From a virus (Duplodnaviria > Heunggongvirae > Uroviricota > Caudoviricetes): a DNA stretch of 32,973 nucleotides. The stretch is from the IMG/VR virus record IMGVR_UViG_3300035521_000566; one strand, 5' to 3'. This document shows positions 7,869-15,747 of the stretch, one piece after another (the stretch's first letter is position 1; every line of letters begins with the position of its first letter). Under the pieces are notes generated by a model. It saw only the letters and a program-made list of their open reading frames with translations. It made no database searches and was not told where the DNA came from. Both the position numbers and the translations under genes were made by a program.

Positions 7869-10800
7869 ATGAAATTTAATTTTTATGATATTGAGTCGCT
7901 AAAGAACGTATTTACACTTTGTAACGTTAGAGAGAATACAAAGACAGGACCAAATGAGCCAGAACTCATTGCTGATGTATTCTATTTATGTGACGATTTA
8001 TTCCTGCTGTCAGACCCGAACTTTGAAAAGAACCTCAAAGCTCGTGTCTATCAAAAGAATCAGAACTTCAACGGTCCAATTGAGCTCCATGACCTTCGAT
8101 TTGAAGTATCAAACCGCTTATTTGCTACAACATTTGGATTATCAGACGCTTATATGGCAAATGACCCTAAATCTTCGTCATCTTATCCAGCTGACTTTAG
8201 ATTAGTATGCGACACTGACCCTAATTATGACGAAGATGAGCATCCATACCTTATGGGCTACAATAGCTATAACTATGATACAACAATGCTTGCTATGTAC
8301 TTTTACGATACATGGCTGTTAGACAGTAACATGAATGTTTCGTTTCATATGCCGTCTGCCAGTCAGCTTCGTGAATATAATGATGAGTTATTCTCACCCA
8401 GATTCAAAGCAAGTATGCCACGAAGACTTCTTACTACGTACGCTGACCCTACTAAGAGAAGCTGGGCTCCAGATGATTATAGCAGCACTCTTTATCGTAT
8501 CAGACAGAATATGTTGTTTTCAGGCAGACACTTAGATGTAGCCCGATTAAATGAAAAGCAGTCTAAAGTCGGATTGAAGCGATTATTAGGAATGCTTGGT
8601 TATCAGATTCTTGAATCAGATAAGTTGTCCCAGGGGCAAGACCATATTGATACTACTGACCAGCTGTATGACCTGATTGCATATAATATTAGTGACTGTA
8701 TTAACTTGAAGATGTTATTTGGTCACAAATATTATCAAGCTCAGTTCTCTTTAAAGAGAGGACTACTCAAGAGTTATCCAGAGATTATGTATCAGCAGAA
8801 GAATGGAGAATATGCTCCTGACATAAGACCAAGCAAAGTTCGTCGTGACAGACTGACCATTGACTCTTCATCAGCACAGTTTGCCACAAAATCTTTGTGT
8901 CCATATGGTCACTTAACTGATATGCCTGTTGTCAGTTTCATGTATCCATCAGAAGAAAAGTCAAAAGAAACAGGTGTACCAAGAGTTAACATTCTTGAAG
9001 AAAGCAAGAAGTTCTTTTATTCAAAGTTTCAGCAGCCTGAGCTCCGTGCAAAGTTTGACATCATATATGATTACTATAAGAGCATCGAAGGCAAGAACTT
9101 TAATGAAAGCAAGACATATTACGAAGATTATGGCAATACGCCAAAGTACCAAAGACCACATTACTTGAGTGCAATGCCTAAAGCCGACTTATGTATGCCA
9201 TATTATAAAGCAGACGGCACCCCAAGCTCTTGCTTTGTCACTTTTTCTACTGGCGGTATTCACGGTGCTGAGCTAAACAGTAAACTTTTTGAGAGTCATT
9301 TAGCAGCATATCAGTCGCAAGTAGCTGATATGGATTATGTAAAATCTTTATATCCAGACCCTATTGACCTTAAGAAAGTTAAAGAAGTGACACTTCCAGA
9401 TGGAAGGGTAGAAAAAGCCACAAAGTTCTTAAAGTCAGGTTCTACACTGAAATGTGCATCATATAAAGACCTTAAAAAGAACGAACCTGTTTTATTCACG
9501 CTAAAAGACGATGGTTCCACTGAATTGAACAAAAAGTATGTTTATACTTCTTGTGATTTAGCTAACCACGAGGACTTTACTTCATACTATCCAAACCTGT
9601 TAATTCAGATGAGTGCCTTTTTCAATAAAGGTTTAGGCTACGATAGATACAAAGAAATCTTTGACAATAAGCAGAAATATGGCAAGCTTATGAACGATGA
9701 ATCTCTGTCAAAAGATGAGCGTGAGCTTTATAGTGTCCTTCGAGAAGGAACGAAGTTAATTTTAAACTCAGCTTCTGGTGCAGGCGACACTAACTTTGAA
9801 GGCAACATTCGTATGAACAATACGATTATCTCTATGCGAATCATTGGACAGTTATTCTCATGGAGAATCGGTCAGGCTCAGACTATCGAAGGTGCAAAGA
9901 TTACTTCAACCAATACTGATGGTCTTTATTCTGTCTTAGAAGAACAGCTAAACGCTATGATTCTTGAGAGAGAATCTAAGAACATTAACGTTGGAATTGA
10001 GCCAGAGCCAATCTACTTGATTTCGAAGGATTCAAATAATCGTCTTGAGATGAATCCAGACAATGGTAAAATAGTATCTGCCTCAGGTGGCACATTAGGC
10101 TGTCGTAAGGGACCTACACCAACAAAAGCTCTTGCACATCCAGCCATTATAGATTGGGCATTGTCTGAGTATTTAGTTGTAGCAGCTTTGAAAGCTAAAC
10201 CTACACTTGGCATTTACAAGCCATTCGACGATGAAACAGGTATGAATATATTGTTGTCAGCAAAAGACAAATTTGAACCAGTACAATTTCTGACCATGAT
10301 GCAGAATGTTATTGCAAGTTCCGTAGGTTCTATGAACTATATCTTTAACACGAATGATGCAAGCCCTGGAACTCCAATAATTATGCAGCATTACAATCGA
10401 GTATTTATCTTGAAAGATAATACACCTGGCACTGTTCACCTGCGTTCAGCATTTGCAAAGAGCATTACTCCTGCAATGAAGAACAAGCGTGCTAAGTTAG
10501 ACGAGCGTGCTCAGCAGCACGACCCTTTAAGTTTATCTGTATTAAACCAGAATGGTGTTACTCTTGACATGATTCCATCTGATAAAGAGGCTGTAATCAA
10601 GAAAGTAACAAATATCGAAGAAGAATGGTACATGTTCGTTCAGAATAAGGACTTAAATTACTTGTCAGATGAAGAGTACAACTTTATCATTGATAATCTG
10701 GACTATGACAAGTATCTGCAGTTGCTAAGAGACTGTTTTGAAAGTAACTGGCGTAATAAAATGCCAGATGACTATTCTGAAGAGGGTGATGACCCATCAG

Positions 10801-11144
10801 AACTGGAATCAGAATCAGAGCCTGAATCAGAAACAGCTGATACAGAATCAGATACCACTACAGTGGCACCTATTATCACAATAAATGCACCGACAGCACC
10901 AAATGTTGATAACGCTGACGATAATCATGCCGAAGACGATGGCAACACTGAGACTGAAGATGAGTCCACTTCAGATTCATCGGATACAGACAACGACTAT
11001 GATGATATAGATTATAGCGATATGTCTGATGCTGATGTTATGAAACTTGTTGCTGACATTGCATCCAGTGAAGCACTGTCATACTCACAACAGAAAAAGA
11101 AAATCGAGGACATTATATTGTCCTATCCTTACTGGGATGATTGA
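7869..11144 (+). CDS. Family B DNA polymerase with 3'-5' exonuclease (phage type)
   Basis: ExoI YDIES, ExoII GYNSYNYD, ExoIII YNISD; GGIHG; motif A DFTSYYPN, motif B KLILNSASG, motif C NTDG; acidic C-terminal tail. Confidence 0.9.
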   Translation: MKFNFYDIESLKNVFTLCNVRENTKTGPNEPELIADVFYLCDDLFLLSDPNFEKNLKARVYQKNQNFNGPIELHDLRFEVSNRLFATTFGLSDAYMANDPKSSSSYPADFRLVCDTDPNYDEDEHPYLMGYNSYNYDTTMLAMYFYDTWLLDSNMNVSFHMPSASQLREYNDELFSPRFKASMPRRLLTTYADPTKRSWAPDDYSSTLYRIRQNMLFSGRHLDVARLNEKQSKVGLKRLLGMLGYQILESDKLSQGQDHIDTTDQLYDLIAYNISDCINLKMLFGHKYYQAQFSLKRGLLKSYPEIMYQQKNGEYAPDIRPSKVRRDRLTIDSSSAQFATKSLCPYGHLTDMPVVSFMYPSEEKSKETGVPRVNILEESKKFFYSKFQQPELRAKFDIIYDYYKSIEGKNFNESKTYYEDYGNTPKYQRPHYLSAMPKADLCMPYYKADGTPSSCFVTFSTGGIHGAELNSKLFESHLAAYQSQVADMDYVKSLYPDPIDLKKVKEVTLPDGRVEKATKFLKSGSTLKCASYKDLKKNEPVLFTLKDDGSTELNKKYVYTSCDLANHEDFTSYYPNLLIQMSAFFNKGLGYDRYKEIFDNKQKYGKLMNDESLSKDERELYSVLREGTKLILNSASGAGDTNFEGNIRMNNTIISMRIIGQLFSWRIGQAQTIEGAKITSTNTDGLYSVLEEQLNAMILERESKNINVGIEPEPIYLISKDSNNRLEMNPDNGKIVSASGGTLGCRKGPTPTKALAHPAIIDWALSEYLVVAALKAKPTLGIYKPFDDETGMNILLSAKDKFEPVQFLTMMQNVIASSVGSMNYIFNTNDASPGTPIIMQHYNRVFILKDNTPGTVHLRSAFAKSITPAMKNKRAKLDERAQQHDPLSLSVLNQNGVTLDMIPSDKEAVIKKVTNIEEEWYMFVQNKDLNYLSDEEYNFIIDNLDYDKYLQLLRDCFESNWRNKMPDDYSEEGDDPSELESESEPESETADTESDTTTVAPIITINAPTAPNVDNADDNHAEDDGNTETEDESTSDSSDTDNDYDDIDYSDMSDADVMKLVADIASSEALSYSQQKKKIEDIILSYPYWDD

Positions 11145-11160
11145 TTTACACCGTAAATTT

Positions 11161-11188
11161 CAGGCGGTGCTTTGCACCGTCTGTTATT
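11161..11188 (+). terminator. Hairpin/intrinsic terminator after the polymerase
   Basis: CAGGCGGTGC-ttt-GCACCGTCTG followed by TTATT. Confidence 0.65.
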
Positions 11189-11221
11189 AAAAAAAAATAT
11201 AATCAAAAGGAGACATACAAT

Positions 11222-11836
11222 ATGCCAAATTTAAGAAACTTACCAAAAGAGACCATTCAGGAAATAATTCACGATGTAAAGGAGCAGGCTGCTACATTAG
11301 AGAGACTCTATAAGAAGGGTGTACCAGTTGACAAGATTGTTGAGAGCACAGACATGCCTATCGAACTGATTGCTGTACTTACAGATATTCCTATCGAAAA
11401 GAAGGAATACATAGTTCCAGTTCAGGTCATAACTGAAGGTTATGTGAAAGTAAAAGCGATTTCTATTGATGATGCAGTTGCATCTGTCAGTGCAGGACTT
11501 GACAACATCAAGTTTGAAACAGATAAGCTGTCTGTTGATTTATCAGATTCAGATGGTATAGCAGCCAGAGTTGTTGATGACGGAGACATCGTGCAGGCTT
11601 ATACTAAGGCAGGTGAATCATTTGCTAAGAATCAGAAGTTCTTAGATTCTGATATTAAGTCAATAACAGACTTTAGCAAAAACAACATAAACGCAGCTAT
11701 CTACACTTACTTAACAGGTGAATATCCTGATTGTAACAGTTGTTGCTGTTGTTGTGGTGACGATGACGCCGAAGACGACACTGAAATGTATGACGGTGAC
11801 ATAGACTACTACACAGGCGACGACTTAACCGATTAG
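11222..11836 (+). CDS. Hypothetical acidic protein with C-terminal Cys run
   Basis: AAGGAG RBS before ATG 11222; ends with CNSCCCCCG and an acidic tail. Confidence 0.75.
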   Translation: MPNLRNLPKETIQEIIHDVKEQAATLERLYKKGVPVDKIVESTDMPIELIAVLTDIPIEKKEYIVPVQVITEGYVKVKAISIDDAVASVSAGLDNIKFETDKLSVDLSDSDGIAARVVDDGDIVQAYTKAGESFAKNQKFLDSDIKSITDFSKNNINAAIYTYLTGEYPDCNSCCCCCGDDDAEDDTEMYDGDIDYYTGDDLTD

Positions 11837-11870
11837 TCTTAGTCTGGTCATAAATTAACTAGAAAATTAT

Positions 11871-11905
11871 GGGGTGAGTTTAGTGCACTACAAACTCACC
11901 CTTTT
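11871..11905 (+). terminator. Intrinsic terminator
   Basis: GGGGTGAGTTT/AAACTCACCCT stem followed by a T-rich tract. Confidence 0.8.
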
Positions 11906-11982
11906 CTTATACTGCAAGTCTTTTTATTCGTAGACTTTGTCTACTAAACTAAAATAGGGACTTGCCAGGAAAGGAGCACACT

Positions 11983-12282
11983 ATGGGCAAACCAGAGGGA
12001 ACAATTGAATCATACTTAATAAAACAGGCTAAAGCCAACGACTTTTTATGTGAGAAATTCATTTCTGGCAAAAACGGTGTTCCAGACCGTATACTTATTG
12101 GACACAAGAAGACCGTATTTGTAGAAGTCAAGGCACCAGGAGAAAAACCCAGAGAACTTCAGGTTGCCATGATTAAGAAAATGCGTAAGTATGGTGCAAT
12201 TGTTTATGTTGTTGACACAAAAGAGGGTGTCGACGAAATGATACAGGAATTACTGCCAAAGCGGCTACGCAATAAGTCATAA
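11983..12282 (+). CDS. VRR-NUC domain nuclease (phage-type Holliday junction resolvase-like)
   Basis: E..IE, GVPDR, FVEVKAPG and LQ motifs; RBS AAGGAG before ATG 11983. Confidence 0.9.
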   Translation: MGKPEGTIESYLIKQAKANDFLCEKFISGKNGVPDRILIGHKKTVFVEVKAPGEKPRELQVAMIKKMRKYGAIVYVVDTKEGVDEMIQELLPKRLRNKS

Positions 12283-12289
12283 AATACAT

Positions 12290-12363
12290 TGGGCTATCGC
12301 CAAGCGGTAAGGCACAGGACTTTGACTCCTGCATTTTCGTCAGTTCGAATCTGACTAGCCCAG
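12290..12363 (+). tRNA. tRNA-Gln (UUG), CCA not encoded
   Basis: Acceptor TGGGCTA/TAGCCCA, D arm GCCAAGCGGTAAGGC, anticodon arm CAGGA-CTTTGAC-TCCTG, T arm GTCAG-TTCGAAT-CTGAC. Confidence 0.95.
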
Positions 12364-12368
12364 TTTAA

Positions 12369-12550
12369 AACCTTTCGGGTAGGCGACCACGCAACTCCCT
12401 GAAAACAGATTTGGATAAATAGAGCAAAGATGATACCCACTGATTAAACGGTAGGCGATTATAGTTAATATAGTTCCATGACTGGAGTGAGTCTCAAGGT
12501 GAGGTGCCAACAGTGAGTATCATCAAGTGCAGGTAAAAGGTTGTCCTGCC
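12369..12550 (+). ncRNA. Putative structured RNA downstream of tRNA-Gln
   Basis: Hairpin at 12373-12404; 14-bp stem 12429-12442/12511-12524 (one mismatch) enclosing three small hairpins; terminal GCAGG/CCTGC hairpin. Confidence 0.45.
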
Positions 12551-12599
12551 ATTTTGTATTATGAACTTATTGCTATTATTTAGAATAGGGGATGAACTT

Positions 12600-13592
12600 A
12601 TGAAATACAAATTAAGAATATGTGTAACTTTATTGTTGTTAGTCGGTATACTCAATGCATGTACTAACCAAGATGATACTACCACATCTACAATCTATAA
12701 GGTTACGACTACAGATACTACGATTTCTGATATTCTGACTGAATCAGTATCGGAATTAGAATTAGAGATACCAAGTGTATCTACATTTGATAACGAACCT
12801 TATGTAGAAATCAACAACAATGTTCCGTATTTTGATGACGACGAGAAAAGCACCACAACTTCATTTGAAACATACTCTGATTTAGACGATTTAGGTAGAT
12901 GTGGAGTTGCCTATGCTTGTATTGGCAAAGACATTATGCCAACAGAAGAACGAGGAGAAATAGGTTCTGTCAAACCGTCAGGCTGGCATACCGTAAAATA
13001 TCCAGATGTTATATCTGACCTGTATCTATATAATCGCTGTCACCTGATTGCATACTGCTTAACAGGTGAAAATGCAAACGAGAAAAACTTAATCACAGGC
13101 ACCAGATACTTAAACATCACGGGAATGCTGCCGTTTGAAACGAGTGTGGCACAGTATATGGACAATAATCCAGATAACCATGTTCTGTATCGTGTAACAC
13201 CTATCTTCGAAGATGATAACTTAGTTGCTGACGGTGTTCTCATGGAAGGCTATTCTGTCGAAGACAACGGTGCTGGCATTCAGTTTTGCGTATTTTGCTA
13301 TAACGTTCAGCCAAATATTCAGATAGACTATAAGACAGGCGATTCAGCTGAACTTACAGTAAAGCAGACTGATACAACCGAAACGTCTGAAACTGATATT
13401 GACAATACAAGCAATGCAAAAGAATATGTATTGAACTCTAAATCAAAGAAGATACATATGCCAGACTGCTCTGCGTTATCTAACATGAGCGATGGCAACC
13501 GTATTGATACATTGTCTAATTATGATGACTTAATATCCAACGGTTATGAACCATGCGGAATTTGTCATCCAGAATCAAACCAGGAGGAATAA
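12600..13592 (+). CDS. Lipoprotein DNA/RNA non-specific endonuclease (EndA/DNA-entry nuclease-like) with C-terminal Ada-like Zn module
   Basis: Signal peptide with lipobox LNAC; LDDLGRC, YNRCHLI, NLITGTRYLN and YRVTP motifs; C-terminal KIHxxxC...GYEPCGICHP. Confidence 0.9.
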   Translation: MKYKLRICVTLLLLVGILNACTNQDDTTTSTIYKVTTTDTTISDILTESVSELELEIPSVSTFDNEPYVEINNNVPYFDDDEKSTTTSFETYSDLDDLGRCGVAYACIGKDIMPTEERGEIGSVKPSGWHTVKYPDVISDLYLYNRCHLIAYCLTGENANEKNLITGTRYLNITGMLPFETSVAQYMDNNPDNHVLYRVTPIFEDDNLVADGVLMEGYSVEDNGAGIQFCVFCYNVQPNIQIDYKTGDSAELTVKQTDTTETSETDIDNTSNAKEYVLNSKSKKIHMPDCSALSNMSDGNRIDTLSNYDDLISNGYEPCGICHPESNQEE

Positions 13593-13594
13593 AT

Positions 13595-13750
13595 ATGGAT
13601 ATACCAGAATATATGACCTGCATCGTAGATGAATTAAACGAACCCGTATGTTGGTGTAAAAACTATACCGAAGAACAAATTGAACAAATGCTGGACGAAC
13701 ATCCAGAGTGGTCAAGAAGTACGGTTCGTGTGACCAGTTCATTCATGTGA
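13595..13750 (+). CDS. Hypothetical small protein
   Basis: AGGAGG RBS before ATG 13595; 51 aa. Confidence 0.6.
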   Translation: MDIPEYMTCIVDELNEPVCWCKNYTEEQIEQMLDEHPEWSRSTVRVTSSFM

Positions 13751-13770
13751 TAAAATAAAGGAGAATCAAT

Positions 13771-14013
13771 ATGCAAATTATTGTAAACGCCTTAATCGGC
13801 AGAGGCATCAATGGTGTCAAAGAAGTAATAATCACAGTTGATGAAAATACAAAGGTGCCAGTCTTGCAGCAGCTTTGTGATGAAACTCGCTATCCGTATA
13901 TTGATGTTGAAGGTGAAATCAAGAACGGTGATAGTTATTTCAACGCACATCCATTATCAGGAAAACACCGTTGGGTTATAAATCGTGCCCACATTGTTGC
14001 TATAATAGACTAA
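13771..14013 (+). CDS. Hypothetical protein
   Basis: AAGGAG RBS; 80-aa ORF in operon. Confidence 0.7.
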   Translation: MQIIVNALIGRGINGVKEVIITVDENTKVPVLQQLCDETRYPYIDVEGEIKNGDSYFNAHPLSGKHRWVINRAHIVAIID

Positions 14014-14034
14014 TAAAAACGAAAGGATATAGAT

Positions 14035-14889
14035 ATGAGCAAATTAACACTAACCAACGACAATTACTATTCTGCTGACGCTAATAAAGACTATATGTCT
14101 GTTAGTCAGTTTAAAGATTTCGCAGGGACAACCTGTCATTTAAGCTGCGAGGAAACAGCTTTATTAAAATATCAGGGACTAATCCCACAGTTTAAGTCTA
14201 CATCACTTTTAGTAGGTAGCTACGTAGATTCTTACTTTGAAGGCACTCTTGACGCATTCAAAGCTGATAACCCAGACATCTTCAAGAAGACTGGAGACAA
14301 GGGTTTAAAAGCTGAATATTTACAGGCTGAAGAAATTATCAAGCGTTTAGAGCGTGACAATATGTTTATGGACTTTATGTCAGGCGTCAAGCAAAAGATT
14401 ATGACTGCAAACCTGTTCGGTGTAGACTGGAAGATTAAAATGGATTCCTATCTCCCTAATGATAAGATTGTTGACCTGAAGGTCATCAAAGATATGAACC
14501 CTATTTGGAATCCAAGCACACACAGCAAAGTAGACTTCATCCATTTCTGGGGATATGACATCCAGGGTGCCATCTATCAGAAAGTAGTGGAACTTGTAAC
14601 AGGCTATCGTCTGCCATTCTACATTGCCTGTGCTACAAAAGAGAAGATTACTAAGTACGAGTTGATAGAAGTAACACAGCCTCACTTGGATGCAGCTTTA
14701 GAGTTCGTAGAACAGAGAATTCAGCACGTCGTTGACGTCAAGAACGGAGTCGTTCCTCCATCCAGATGTAACGAGTGTGCACATTGCTTAGGCAGCAAAA
14801 CAATTTTAGCACCTATCACAATTGACGATATTATGCCTGTTCAGACAAATAACGAAGATACAGAGTGGATAGACGACGAAGATGAATAG
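14035..14889 (+). CDS. PD-(D/E)XK nuclease, DUF3799/RecE-like, with possible Fe-S cysteines
   Basis: NYYS...YMSVSQFK, KIKMD...IVDLK and GYDIQGAIYQ motifs; N-terminal Cys plus C-terminal CxxCxxC. Confidence 0.8.
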   Translation: MSKLTLTNDNYYSADANKDYMSVSQFKDFAGTTCHLSCEETALLKYQGLIPQFKSTSLLVGSYVDSYFEGTLDAFKADNPDIFKKTGDKGLKAEYLQAEEIIKRLERDNMFMDFMSGVKQKIMTANLFGVDWKIKMDSYLPNDKIVDLKVIKDMNPIWNPSTHSKVDFIHFWGYDIQGAIYQKVVELVTGYRLPFYIACATKEKITKYELIEVTQPHLDAALEFVEQRIQHVVDVKNGVVPPSRCNECAHCLGSKTILAPITIDDIMPVQTNNEDTEWIDDEDE

Positions 14890-14895
14890 TATAAA

Positions 14896-15031
14896 TAATT
14901 AGTGGCGGAATAGGTAGACGCATAGTAAGGCTTTTATAAAGCAACAGATTGACGGGGTAGAGCACGGCAATACGCAGACGAGAGTAGTTAGTCTGGCTAC
15001 TCATGTGAGGTGACAAATCCTCACCTAATTA
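14896..15031 (+). ncRNA. tRNA-like ncRNA, copy 1 (no canonical anticodon arm)
   Basis: Acceptor TAATTAG/CTAATTA, Leu-type D arm TGGCGGAATAGGTAGACGC, ~80-nt insert, T-like arm GTGAGG-TGACAAAT-CCTCAC. Confidence 0.75.
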
Positions 15032-15060
15032 TAACAATACATATTTATCTAAAAGCAATA

Positions 15061-15204
15061 CGATTAGTGGCGGAATAGGTAGACGCTAATAAACGAATAA
15101 GCCTTAGTAGGAGCCGTGGAATAGCTATATGCATTATATTCCCTTGAATTGCGAGACCCTTTCTGAATCTAAGACATGTGGGGTGACAAATCCTCACCTA
15201 ATCA
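15061..15204 (+). ncRNA. tRNA-like ncRNA, copy 2
   Basis: Acceptor GATTAG/CTAATC, identical D arm, unrelated ~90-nt insert, T-like arm GTGGGG-TGACAAAT-CCTCAC. Confidence 0.75.
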
Positions 15205-15231
15205 TATAAAACATAAAAGGAGTGAAAAGTC

Positions 15232-15741
15232 ATGGCTGAATTTGTATCTGAAAATGAACTGGAAGACACAATTTTGTCACTAGCCAATTTCTTTGATAAA
15301 CAGTCAGACGAAAGAAACGCTGAGTTAATCAAGAAACTGCATGACGAATTCGATAAAAACGAAAGCTTATATGAATCCGAAATAACGCTGGCATTCTTGT
15401 ATTTCACGAATTTTGCAGCTATGCCGTGGTTTACTAAGAATCCTCAGGTAACAGACGGCTGGGATAAATCTACAATTCAGTATATCTATAACGGTATACT
15501 GCCACACTTCGTAAGAACTATCATCGAACAAAACGAAGGGACACCTTTCAGCGGTGATAAAGAAAGCTTTATTTTAAATAATATCAAGAAAGCTATTGCT
15601 TCAGGTGAAAATATATCGTTATATGACACATATCCAAATCAGCCCGAAAAACAGGCTTACTGGTCGCCAAGATGCTTCAAAGACACTAACGATGCCATAA
15701 AGCAATTTTGGGACTGGTACAATCTAAAAGAAAAGGAGTAA
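15232..15741 (+). CDS. Hypothetical protein
   Basis: AAGGAG RBS; 169-aa ORF. Confidence 0.75.
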   Translation: MAEFVSENELEDTILSLANFFDKQSDERNAELIKKLHDEFDKNESLYESEITLAFLYFTNFAAMPWFTKNPQVTDGWDKSTIQYIYNGILPHFVRTIIEQNEGTPFSGDKESFILNNIKKAIASGENISLYDTYPNQPEKQAYWSPRCFKDTNDAIKQFWDWYNLKEKE

Positions 15742-15747
15742 AAGATT

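Noticed and set aside
11930-11947. Third copy of the 41-bp hairpin motif (GTAGAC-ttt-GTCTACTAA)
   Set aside because: The loop length differs and the flanking TTGAAC and GCCT elements are absent.
12364-12430. Theta (HDV-like) ribozyme at the tRNA 3' end
   Set aside because: The sequence after the tRNA is TTTAAAA and I could not build the nested double-pseudoknot by eye; a motif search would be needed to exclude it fully.
14896-15204. Canonical tRNA-Leu genes or group I intron-containing tRNAs
   Set aside because: No anticodon stem-loop follows the D arm, the T loop is non-canonical, and the inserts (<100 nt) are too short for group I introns.
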